Positions 35,326-43,565 of a stretch of DNA of 64,000 nt are shown here, piece after piece (position 1 is the first letter of the stretch; each line of letters opens with the position of its first letter). Origin of the DNA: a virus (taxonomy: Duplodnaviria > Caudoviricetes); the IMG/VR virus record IMGVR_UViG_3300005611_000001, one strand, 5' to 3'. Under the pieces are notes generated by a model. The model worked only from the letters and a program-made list of their open reading frames with translations, was not told the DNA's origin and did no database searches. The translations under genes and the position numbers were made by a program.

Positions 35326-35363
35326 GAACCCCGTTTTTAGAACAAAATATTCTAACAAAACCG

Positions 35364-35392
35364 TTGACAGCACCTCGGATCCGTGAGACAAT
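35364..35392 (+). promoter_or_regulatory. Early promoter
   Basis: TTGACA-17-GACAAT; shares GATCCGTGAGACAATA with 35828 promoter. Confidence 0.6.
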
Positions 35393-35422
35393 ACTCGCGT
35401 TGATTGAGAGAGGTGACCACAC

Positions 35423-35635
35423 ATGGCTAAATTTCGACAGTTCTCTAACGATCCCTTTCAGCGAAAGATGAATCCTACCACTGGCTCTTGTTCTGCCAGC
35501 GCGCAAGTGTCTAAGATTCTCACTCCTTGGCGTAACAAAGACATAGAAGCTGCTGAGAAAGGCGACTGGTCACTTCTGCTGGCAAAGGCTGAAGCACAGA
35601 CTCGACGCTTTCGTAACGATTTTTACGCATATTAA
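35423..35635 (+). CDS. Small early protein
   Basis: SD GAGGTG. Confidence 0.6.
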   Translation: MAKFRQFSNDPFQRKMNPTTGSCSASAQVSKILTPWRNKDIEAAEKGDWSLLLAKAEAQTRRFRNDFYAY

Positions 35636-35659
35636 TCAATGACTTAAGAGGCTATTCTA

Positions 35660-35800
35660 ATGCGAAATCTTGATGATCTTTACAATGAGTTGGTCTGCCT
35701 CTGCGAAGTGCGAGGCGAGCTTTCGCCCGAAGATAATGCTCGTATCGAAGAGCGCATCGCAGAAATCCAGAAGCAAATCAATGAGTTGGAGAATAGCTAG
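35660..35800 (+). CDS. Small early protein, 46 aa (not in ORF track)
   Basis: MRNLDDLYNELVCLCEVRGEL...; SD GAGG. Confidence 0.55.
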   Translation: MRNLDDLYNELVCLCEVRGELSPEDNARIEERIAEIQKQINELENS

Positions 35801-35856
35801 TCAGCCGACAGCCGGTAGTTTTTTCGCTTGACAGATAGCCAGATCCGTGAGACAAT
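35776..35856 (+). promoter_or_regulatory. Early promoter with IHF-consensus site and 21-bp repeat
   Basis: AATCAATGAGTTG 35776-88; repeat 35803-23; TTGACA-17-GACAAT. Confidence 0.6.
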
Positions 35857-35887
35857 ATGCTTGTTGATTGAAAAGAGAGATAGAAAA

Positions 35888-36055
35888 ATGGCTGAAGAAA
35901 TTGCTAACTACATTGCCGCTTGCGACCTCAATATCGCCAAGTACGAGTTGATTGAAGACAAAGAGGAGCGTGAGCGCGCTCTGGAGGCGGCTTACGGCAT
36001 GAAGGCTGACTTCGAAGTGTTGCTCAATAACCTCAAACTTTCTGGCTTAGCGTAA
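35888..36055 (+). CDS. Small early protein
   Basis: ATG 35888 after promoter. Confidence 0.6.
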   Translation: MAEEIANYIAACDLNIAKYELIEDKEERERALEAAYGMKADFEVLLNNLKLSGLA

Positions 36056-36059
36056 GATT

Positions 36060-36308
36060 ATGAATAAGTTGAAAATCGGTGACAAGGTTCGGTGGCTCAG
36101 TTCTGGTGGCATGTCGACCGGGGTGATCAAGAATATTGACCTCAGCTTGAACGGACATCAAGAGCTAATTCCCTGGCTCTCAATTGACTGTGATGCTTGG
36201 CGCTGGGTCCTCGAAGGTGAAGGCACCAAACTCGTTTCTTGTAATCGTGATGTCCGTCTCTGTGGTACTCACGATTACCTGAAGAGAATGAAACTGGAGA
36301 TTATATGA
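36060..36308 (+). CDS. Small SH3-like hypothetical protein
   Basis: LKIGDKVRW...TGVIKNID. Confidence 0.55.
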   Translation: MNKLKIGDKVRWLSSGGMSTGVIKNIDLSLNGHQELIPWLSIDCDAWRWVLEGEGTKLVSCNRDVRLCGTHDYLKRMKLEII

Positions 36309-36613
36309 TCATTGCAGGTACTACGATTACTCGTCGGTTCTTCTCGGACCCCGGCCACGGCTGGCTCCGTGTCCCTCACTCTGACCTTGACGCGCTCGGT
36401 ATTCGCGACAAGATTACCATGTTCTCCTATTACAATGACCGCTTCGCTTACCTTGAAGAGGATTGCGACTTGTCCACTTACATGATCGCTCTTCGCGAGG
36501 CTGGTGTTAAGATCAACATCGCTGACAGCACTTCGAACAGCCCGTCTCACATCCGTCGGATGAAGCGTTTCGAAGGCATCACTGACTTCGACAACCTCTG
36601 GGAGGTGGCTTAA
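36305..36613 (+). CDS. Hypothetical protein
   Basis: SDPGHGWLRV, YLEEDCD. Confidence 0.65.
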   Translation: MIIAGTTITRRFFSDPGHGWLRVPHSDLDALGIRDKITMFSYYNDRFAYLEEDCDLSTYMIALREAGVKINIADSTSNSPSHIRRMKRFEGITDFDNLWEVA

Positions 36614-36615
36614 TC

Positions 36616-36978
36616 ATGTATAAAGATCATAGCGAAATCCCTGCTAAGTATCGCCGCTTGATTCTTGATGAGTTTATGGTCAAGCGAGTTTCGAAAGTTC
36701 CTCTGTCTGCTTGTAATGAGTTCATTCAAGAATGTCTTCGCGAAGAGACCGAGATGGAGAACCTCAAGAACTACGAGGTGATTGTCTTCCGAAACGGTGC
36801 TAAACGAGAGTATAAATTCAAAGATTCTGAGTCGGCTTTTGTTGCATTGGACCGTGAAATAGGATATGATGTACATGACTCGGCTTTGGTAGCCGTTCTC
36901 AAGCAAGCCGATCGAATCGTGCGGGCTTATGTTAAAGGGAAATGGATTGATGGACGAGAAAGCATTTACACTATTTGA
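36616..36978 (+). CDS. Hypothetical protein
   Basis: SD GGAGG; tiled ORF. Confidence 0.6.
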   Translation: MYKDHSEIPAKYRRLILDEFMVKRVSKVPLSACNEFIQECLREETEMENLKNYEVIVFRNGAKREYKFKDSESAFVALDREIGYDVHDSALVAVLKQADRIVRAYVKGKWIDGRESIYTI

Positions 36979-37483
36979 TGTGTACGAGTTCGCCCGAACT
37001 GCTCACGAAGGGCAGATTCGTAAGTACACCGGTGAGCCTTACATTAGCCACCCATTTGCGGTGGCTGAGTCTGTGGCAGATCATGTAGACGACAAGGTGG
37101 CGATTGCTGCTGCGGTTCTTCATGACACTGTTGAAGACACTGATGTTACTCTAGAGGAGATTGCTGAGAAGTTTGGTGACCGTGTTGCTGAGTATGTTTG
37201 GTATCTGACCAAGCCGCCTGCGTTCGTCGGTAATCGTGCTAGGCGTAAGTTACATGACCGCAACCGTCTCAAGGAAGCACCTGAGATTGTGCGCTTCATC
37301 AAGGTGATGGATGTGTGGCACAACTATCACGGTATTCGCGAGCATGATGCGAAATTCTATGAGACTTGGCGAGAAGAGGTTCGCGATCTATTATACATAA
37401 TGGATTCGCTGATCATTGTAAAGCAGTTTGCTGGCGACGATTTCGCCTATAACGAGTTTCTACCCTGGTTTGGAGACCTTTAA
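36950..37483 (+). CDS. HD-domain hydrolase, RelA/SpoT-hydrolase (Mesh1/SAH)-like
   Basis: AHEGQIRKYTGEPYISHP, LHDTVEDT, IAEKFG, LTK, IKVMDVWHN. Confidence 0.8.
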   Translation: MDEKAFTLFDVYEFARTAHEGQIRKYTGEPYISHPFAVAESVADHVDDKVAIAAAVLHDTVEDTDVTLEEIAEKFGDRVAEYVWYLTKPPAFVGNRARRKLHDRNRLKEAPEIVRFIKVMDVWHNYHGIREHDAKFYETWREEVRDLLYIMDSLIIVKQFAGDDFAYNEFLPWFGDL

Positions 37484-37755
37484 TGATTACTGTAGTTCGT
37501 ATGGAAAGCGCGCCTGATGATGTTGTGATCGATCAGATTGGTTGGTATGCAGACAAATACAAAATGAAACACATTTACAATTTTGTCAAGTTTCATGCCA
37601 CTTACATTGCCAAACAAGCGCCTAATTCGCTAGTTGAAATGAAAGAGTTTGAAGGGTTCCCTCATGCGTCTGTGTGGGTAGAGGATCGTGTTACTCACGA
37701 GATTTTTGCCACTGATGCTGAAGTGATGTATACAGCAAAAGAGTTGGCTGCGTGA
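37483..37755 (+). CDS. Hypothetical protein
   Basis: Coupled ORF. Confidence 0.55.
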   Translation: MITVVRMESAPDDVVIDQIGWYADKYKMKHIYNFVKFHATYIAKQAPNSLVEMKEFEGFPHASVWVEDRVTHEIFATDAEVMYTAKELAA

Positions 37756-37940
37756 GCGCTAAATATGCTGTGAAAACACCCTTTGAAGATGATTTGTTAT
37801 TTGTCACTGAGGGCGATTCTAAATTTCAACTACGAATCAAAACATTTAATACGGCTGAAGATGCACGAGATTTTGCCAAAGACTTTGGTGAAGGCTGTGT
37901 TGTTGTCGAATTAGATGACGACTACGAGTTACTACTATGA
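37752..37940 (+). CDS. Small hypothetical protein
   Basis: Coupled ORF. Confidence 0.55.
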   Translation: MSAKYAVKTPFEDDLLFVTEGDSKFQLRIKTFNTAEDARDFAKDFGEGCVVVELDDDYELLL

Positions 37941-38347
37941 TAAAAATGTTGTGGCGAATTGCTGGGTTGTTCTTTGTTGGTTGTGCGTACATTGGTGCAA
38001 TCGTGCCCGGTATTCCCACAACGGTCTTTCTAGTTCTTGCTCTGTGGTGCTTTAGTAAGAGTTCTGAAAAGTTACGACTCTGGATTTGGGAGCATCCTAT
38101 CTTCGGTTCGTATGTGCAAGACTGGTCACATAAAAGAATATACCCCACCCGAGCCAAGTATATCATGCTCAGTTGCTGCGCAGCGAGTTACACTTGGCTT
38201 CTATACATACAACTCAAACCCATTGCTCTGATCGGCATTGCAGCGTTCATGCTGTTCTGGCTATTTTGGGCATGGCGTTATCCAGGTTCGCACGAAGAGT
38301 ATGATCGCCGAGTAGCGCAAGGAGAAAAAATCGGATGGCTAAAGTGA
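37937..38347 (+). CDS. ybaN: YbaN/DUF454 inner-membrane protein
   Basis: IGAIVPGIPTTVFLVLALWCFSKSS, HPIFG, RAK. Confidence 0.8.
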   Translation: MIKMLWRIAGLFFVGCAYIGAIVPGIPTTVFLVLALWCFSKSSEKLRLWIWEHPIFGSYVQDWSHKRIYPTRAKYIMLSCCAASYTWLLYIQLKPIALIGIAAFMLFWLFWAWRYPGSHEEYDRRVAQGEKIGWLK

Positions 38348-38448
38348 AGACTTGCGCGCACTGCGGTAAGAAGTTTAGGGTTGTCATTGACCACCCGTCT
38401 GTGTTATACTGTTCGTATGAGTGCGGCAAGAAGGCAACGGGCGCCTAA
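38344..38448 (+). CDS. 34-aa zinc-finger-like peptide (not in ORF track)
   Basis: CAHC...YCSYEC; GTG overlapping the ybaN stop. Confidence 0.5.
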   Translation: MKTCAHCGKKFRVVIDHPSVLYCSYECGKKATGA

Positions 38449-38466
38449 ACTAAGAGGTAATATGTA

Positions 38467-38685
38467 ATGAGTGATTTTACTGAGAAGTATTTTGATAACT
38501 TGCTTGAACTGTGCAAGTACTGGATGATTGGCTTTGGTATGCTTACATATCCGCTTTGGATCATCAAAGCAGTCTCTCTATCTGACTGGGTTACTGTTGG
38601 TCTTATGGCGTTCACACCGGTGATGGTCGCGGCCTTCGCCTTTATCATGACTTTTCAACGTTACAAGGATCAGCAAAAAGGTTAA
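38467..38685 (+). CDS. Small membrane protein
   Basis: Two hydrophobic segments; SD GAGGT. Confidence 0.55.
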   Translation: MSDFTEKYFDNLLELCKYWMIGFGMLTYPLWIIKAVSLSDWVTVGLMAFTPVMVAAFAFIMTFQRYKDQQKG

Positions 38686-38688
38686 AAA

Positions 38689-39327
38689 ATGTATACAAGA
38701 GAAATAATGGTTTCGACCGACTTTCCTGAGTTCGATAAACTTTTCGATGCCTCTTATCCAAGTATCGAAACAGACACTTATGATTGGAACTATATGCCGT
38801 TTCCAGTTGGCGCAACATATGAAGATAAGAAGCAAGCGTTTCGTACACTAGCACAAGAATACATGGATAACCCGCTGGGGCGAGGGCTTCTTTGGAGAAA
38901 GAACGGAAAGGCGATTAACTTCTCTGTTGGTGTTGCTGACACTGGCAGACCAACTCATCTGAAATGGTTGTATGGTTTGTACGGTCCTGATTCGAACGGC
39001 TCTATGTCTTGGACTCATGATCCAGAATACCACACGACTAACATCGACTACTTTATCAATGTTTTGAAATTGACTAGTCATGAAATGCAGTGTTTAAAAG
39101 ACTCCCCTATTCATAAACACTTTTTGTATCTTCAAGACACCGAAGCGCATAAAGTGATCACTGTAATAGAAGCAGGCGATGCGTCACAAGATCCGATTTA
39201 TGGGCCAGATGGCTTTCAGCATTCAGACCCAGCCCTTGTTGCACTTGTAAAAAACACTGTCAGAGTTGTGCATACATATCCGTCGATTGATCCTGTTCTT
39301 GACAGTGCAACACCTCCACTTTTCTAA
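38689..39327 (+). CDS. Hypothetical protein
   Basis: 212-aa ORF, no recognised motif. Confidence 0.6.
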   Translation: MYTREIMVSTDFPEFDKLFDASYPSIETDTYDWNYMPFPVGATYEDKKQAFRTLAQEYMDNPLGRGLLWRKNGKAINFSVGVADTGRPTHLKWLYGLYGPDSNGSMSWTHDPEYHTTNIDYFINVLKLTSHEMQCLKDSPIHKHFLYLQDTEAHKVITVIEAGDASQDPIYGPDGFQHSDPALVALVKNTVRVVHTYPSIDPVLDSATPPLF

Positions 39328-39342
39328 GAGCATTTTCATTTC

Positions 39343-39370
39343 AAAGGCGCCTTCGGGCGCCTTTTTTTTT
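39343..39370 (+). terminator. Intrinsic terminator
   Basis: AAAGGCGCC-TTCG-GGCGCCTTT + T run. Confidence 0.9.
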
Positions 39371-39376
39371 ATTTCT

Positions 39377-39384
39377 TATAAATA
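39377..39384 (+). promoter_or_regulatory. T4-type late promoter
   Basis: TATAAATA directly after terminator. Confidence 0.75.
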
Positions 39385-39424
39385 ATTGAAACATTGTTTG
39401 TGTATCAAAGGCGTTCATCGATAA

Positions 39425-40357
39425 ATGGCTAATTTGTCGGGAAGAGAAATCTACAAATATCAGTTTCGTGTTGAAGTCTTTATTCAAAAGTACGAGACGA
39501 AATCTCCGTTTGAATTAGTAAGCGGAAAGAAGATCGAACTTGTAAAAGACAATAATGTTATTAAAGCATTAAAAGAACAGAGAATAGTTTCAACCTTAAA
39601 TTTGTTGGGTGTTGATGGTAATACATATAAGTTTAAAGACTTACTGAAATCTAGTGAGTTTGGGGGTAAAGGCGCTGGTGGTTCGACGATTAAGGAAGAT
39701 CGTGAACTTATGTCTTTACGCGATCAGTTAGAAGCGATAAAAAAAGAAATTAAAAGTGTGACAGTGCCTATTCAAATTGGAAATAAAACATATCATGCAG
39801 AAGGTGCTGAGTCAACACCAGGAACACCAAAGTCGGACTTTCACTTGTTGGACAAAGACGGTAAAGAAATAGTTTGGATATCACACAAAGACGGTAGTCG
39901 CCCAAACGACTTTCAACAATGGGGCGGTATATCAGAAAGAAAAGAACCTAAAATATTTAAACATCGTGAAACGCAGAAGTTCATTAACGATCTAAAAGAA
40001 ATGTATCCCGACGGTTTGCCAAGAGCAACTTCGCTGTACAGAAAAATTGAAGACAAGAATTTGAAAATGTTGTCTGTGTATGGTAATGAATACGGTGGGC
40101 GATTGAGTAGACAGAACTGTACGATACTGATTCAGGGGCCTGTAAAATTAGTAAAGAAAAACAAAGTGTATGTTTTCGAATCAAATCACATACACGCAAA
40201 TGGAGAGTCTGTAGACTCAGGTGGTTTTGAACCAGTTTTCATGGCAATCTACAAAGGCGATCGAAGTGACGCTGGTGTAAAAGGGACTCGTATCGTAATC
40301 ATGCCCATTCAAGGGCGTAAAGCGAAACAATTTACTAAAGACAAGATGGTAATCTAA
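39425..40357 (+). CDS. PD-(D/E)xK nuclease-like protein
   Basis: TPKSDF...VWISHKDG; AT-rich. Confidence 0.45.
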   Translation: MANLSGREIYKYQFRVEVFIQKYETKSPFELVSGKKIELVKDNNVIKALKEQRIVSTLNLLGVDGNTYKFKDLLKSSEFGGKGAGGSTIKEDRELMSLRDQLEAIKKEIKSVTVPIQIGNKTYHAEGAESTPGTPKSDFHLLDKDGKEIVWISHKDGSRPNDFQQWGGISERKEPKIFKHRETQKFINDLKEMYPDGLPRATSLYRKIEDKNLKMLSVYGNEYGGRLSRQNCTILIQGPVKLVKKNKVYVFESNHIHANGESVDSGGFEPVFMAIYKGDRSDAGVKGTRIVIMPIQGRKAKQFTKDKMVI

Positions 40358-40430
40358 TGAGTGATAATAAGACAACCCTTGCTGATTTTTTCAAAGCAAT
40401 TGCTGAAGAAAAAAGGAGGTTAAGCCGATT

Positions 40431-41657
40431 ATGTTTGATTCTTTTCAACAGTTCATAACAGAACAAAAAAATACTCATATGACACATATTGAGGATAAAG
40501 TTCTGTACGGCGGTGTTAACGGGACTCGTCAAGCAATTCTTGCTTTGCGTGAGTTGCGTGACATGCTAGCAGGTAGTAAACAGAGCAAAGTGTCTGTGAA
40601 GTGGGACGGAGCACCCGCCATCTTCGCAGGCACTGACCCTCGTGACGGTAAGTTCTTTGTAGCAAAGAAAGGCATCTTCAATAAGAATCCCAAAGTCTAT
40701 AAGACAGCCGCAGAAATTGACGCAGACACTTCGGGTGATCTTGCAACTAAACTGAAAGACGCTTTGACTTATCTTCCTGAACTTGGTATTAAGGGAGTGA
40801 TTCAGGGTGATTTTCTTTTTGGAAAAGGCGATCTTGCAAAAAAAAAGATCGACGGTAACACATATGTTACTTTCCATCCAAATACCATTGTATATGCAGT
40901 GCCTGTAGATCAAGCAAAAGATATTCTTCAAGCAAAGATCGGTATTGTATGGCACACTACATATACTGGTAACACTTTCGAAACTATGAAGGCTTCGTAT
41001 GGTGTGAATGTAAGACAACTTAAAGCTAGCAAAAATGTATGGTCGCAGGATGCAATGCTTCGCAATGTTCAGAATGCGACTTTGACTAAAAGTGAAACGG
41101 AGACAGTAAATGAATATCTTTCGCAAATTGGTAAACTTTTTAACTCCATCAGTGGCACAACCCTCAGAGCCCTTGAAGGAAATCCAACCCTCGCCCAGCA
41201 CATTGAGCAATACAACAACACCTTCGTCCGTGCCGGCACCGTCATTGGAAACTCCCAAGCCCACACCACAAAGCTCGTCCGCTGGATCAAAAACAAGTAC
41301 AAAGCCGAAATCGACAAGCGCAAAACCGCGAGCGGCAAAGCCACGCAGCAGAAAAAGCTCGACGACCTCCTCTCGTTCTTCTCAGAGGAAAACAAAGCAA
41401 ACCTCGTAAAAATGTTTGAGTTGCAAAAATTAATTGTTCTTGTCAAACTAAAACTTATAAATAAATTAAACCAGTTGAGTAATCTTGAAACTTTTGTTAA
41501 AACACGCAAGGGTTTCAAGGTTACTGGGCAAGAAGGTTATGTGGCTATTGACACACTTGGTGGTGACGCGGTGAAACTTGTTGATCGTATGGAGTTTTCA
41601 TACAACAACTTTTCACCTGATATTTTGAAGGGATGGGATAAACCAACGAGAAACTAG
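40431..41657 (+). CDS. Conserved T4-like protein with ligase-type nucleotidyltransferase motifs
   Basis: SVKWDG (KxDG), QGDFLF, QEGYV, VKLVDR; N-terminus MFDSFQQFITE. Confidence 0.55.
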   Translation: MFDSFQQFITEQKNTHMTHIEDKVLYGGVNGTRQAILALRELRDMLAGSKQSKVSVKWDGAPAIFAGTDPRDGKFFVAKKGIFNKNPKVYKTAAEIDADTSGDLATKLKDALTYLPELGIKGVIQGDFLFGKGDLAKKKIDGNTYVTFHPNTIVYAVPVDQAKDILQAKIGIVWHTTYTGNTFETMKASYGVNVRQLKASKNVWSQDAMLRNVQNATLTKSETETVNEYLSQIGKLFNSISGTTLRALEGNPTLAQHIEQYNNTFVRAGTVIGNSQAHTTKLVRWIKNKYKAEIDKRKTASGKATQQKKLDDLLSFFSEENKANLVKMFELQKLIVLVKLKLINKLNQLSNLETFVKTRKGFKVTGQEGYVAIDTLGGDAVKLVDRMEFSYNNFSPDILKGWDKPTRN

Positions 41658-41658
41658 T

Positions 41659-42108
41659 ATGCTAAGTTTTAAAGATTTTTTAACTGTTGATTATACTCCT
41701 GGTATGCCAGAAGAAATCTCTTATGCTGCTATGAAGCGTAAGCGAGGGCGTATTGGAGAAGAAGCAGAGCAGACAGACGAAGCGCTTAACTTTGCGCAGC
41801 GTCGCCAGCGCGCTCGTATCATGAAGAAGTATAAGACCAAGATTGCCATGGGGCGCAAGAAGGCTATGCGTCGCACTGCGGACACTGGTCGTATTAACAA
41901 GCGCGCAAGAAAGCAAGCAATTAATCAAATGTTTCTCAAACTGTCTAAGGGTGTACCTCGTGATGAACTACCAGCGTCTCGCCGTCAAGAAATTGAAAAG
42001 CGTCTTGAGAAGCTAAAGCCTCGTATTGAAAAGATTGCTCGTAAGCTGATGCCTCAGGTGCGTAAGAGAGAAAGAGAACGCAAGCAGAGTGCGCAGAGTC
42101 AGAAATGA
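41659..42108 (+). CDS. Basic putative internal head protein
   Basis: MLSFKDFL; TDEAL; Arg/Lys-rich. Confidence 0.55.
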   Translation: MLSFKDFLTVDYTPGMPEEISYAAMKRKRGRIGEEAEQTDEALNFAQRRQRARIMKKYKTKIAMGRKKAMRRTADTGRINKRARKQAINQMFLKLSKGVPRDELPASRRQEIEKRLEKLKPRIEKIARKLMPQVRKRERERKQSAQSQK

Positions 42109-43532
42109 GCTTTCCATCATTTAAACAATATCTCGTAGAAGAACAGCGAGAGGTATTCTTCACCTTTGGGCGAATGAATCCTCCGACGATTGGTCATGGC
42201 AAACTAATGTCTGTTCTTGCCACTAAAGCAGGCAAGAACCCTTACAAAGTTTATCTTTCTCAGTCTTTTGATCCCAAAAAGAATCCGCTCACATATGAGC
42301 AGAAAATCAAGCATGTGCGTAAGATGTTTCCCAAGCATGCGCGCAATGTTATTCTGAATAAGAAACTGCGCAATGTTTTTGAAGTAGCATCTGCGCTATA
42401 CGATCAAGGCTTCAACAAAATTACTATGGTTGTTGGTGCTGATCGTGTCACCGAGTTTAAGACTCTTCTAGAGAAATACAATGGCGAAAAAGGTCGTCAT
42501 GGTTTCTATAATTTCGAAAAAATTAATGTCGTCTCTGCGGGTGATCGTGATCCTGATGCAGAAGGCGTCGAAGGCATGTCCGCATCGAAACAGCGCGAGA
42601 ACGCGAAGAATAATGACTTTACCACATTCTCGCAAGGCGTGCCTAACACCATGTCGAACAAAGACGCAAAGCGTTTGTTCAATGATGTACGCGCGGGCAT
42701 GGGGCTGAAAGAAATGACCCAGTTCAAGAATCACATTGAACTAGAGCCTGTGTCTGAGACTCGTGAGAAGTTTGTTGAAGGTGAGTTGTTTAATGAAGGC
42801 GATAATGTTATAATAAAGAAAACTGGCGAGACTGGTTATATTCATCGTCTCGGCACCAACTATGTCATCATTGCACTAGAAGAAGGAAATATTTCGCGTC
42901 AGTGGATTGATGATGTAGAACTAGACGAAGCAGGTTATGGCGGCAGTGGTATTCTGCGTGATATCGCACCTGCACTAGATCGATTCCTTGACAAGACCAT
43001 CAACCGCAAGCAGTATGAGCGAGCGGTTCGTATGTTCCTTGATCTTCGCAAAAAGAATCCAAACGATGCGAGAAAAAATCTTGTCAAAGCAGCGCGGATC
43101 ACAAACACAGATGTTCGCACACTTGACAAACTATTCCGCAATCTAGTTAAGAAAGGTAAGATGCCTAAGCATCTACTCAACTACGAGCCTACATTTGTCG
43201 AAGAAGTTTCAAAAGAAAAGATCAATGCTCAGCCCAAGAAGCACACTGATCGCTGGTATAAAGATCAGCCTGAATGGGGTACTCCCGAGGCATCAAGAAA
43301 AGCAAAGAGCAAAGTTCCTGGTCAAGAAACTGCGCATGTCCACACCAAGTCTCCTATGAACGAAGATGAACTTGACAGTGCAATGCAGCGCATTCGAATA
43401 GACAAGCAGCAAGATCGTGAAGCAGAGCGCAGAGATCGCGAAAGAAGAGAGCGAGACTATGATCGTATTCTTGATCGCGCAAGGCTCGCTCGTGCAAGAC
43501 GCAAAAACCGTCAGACAACACCAAAAGTATAA
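42105..43532 (+). CDS. Cytidylyltransferase-like (HxGH nucleotidyltransferase) with C-terminal extensions
   Basis: FTFGRMNPPTIGH, VVGADR, GMSASK. Confidence 0.8.
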   Translation: MSFPSFKQYLVEEQREVFFTFGRMNPPTIGHGKLMSVLATKAGKNPYKVYLSQSFDPKKNPLTYEQKIKHVRKMFPKHARNVILNKKLRNVFEVASALYDQGFNKITMVVGADRVTEFKTLLEKYNGEKGRHGFYNFEKINVVSAGDRDPDAEGVEGMSASKQRENAKNNDFTTFSQGVPNTMSNKDAKRLFNDVRAGMGLKEMTQFKNHIELEPVSETREKFVEGELFNEGDNVIIKKTGETGYIHRLGTNYVIIALEEGNISRQWIDDVELDEAGYGGSGILRDIAPALDRFLDKTINRKQYERAVRMFLDLRKKNPNDARKNLVKAARITNTDVRTLDKLFRNLVKKGKMPKHLLNYEPTFVEEVSKEKINAQPKKHTDRWYKDQPEWGTPEASRKAKSKVPGQETAHVHTKSPMNEDELDSAMQRIRIDKQQDREAERRDRERRERDYDRILDRARLARARRKNRQTTPKV

Positions 43533-43535
43533 ATA
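43528..43535 (+). promoter_or_regulatory. T4-type late promoter
   Basis: TATAAATA overlapping stop codon. Confidence 0.7.
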
Positions 43536-43565
43536 CAATTATAACTTAGCAGGAGATTTTCTTTA

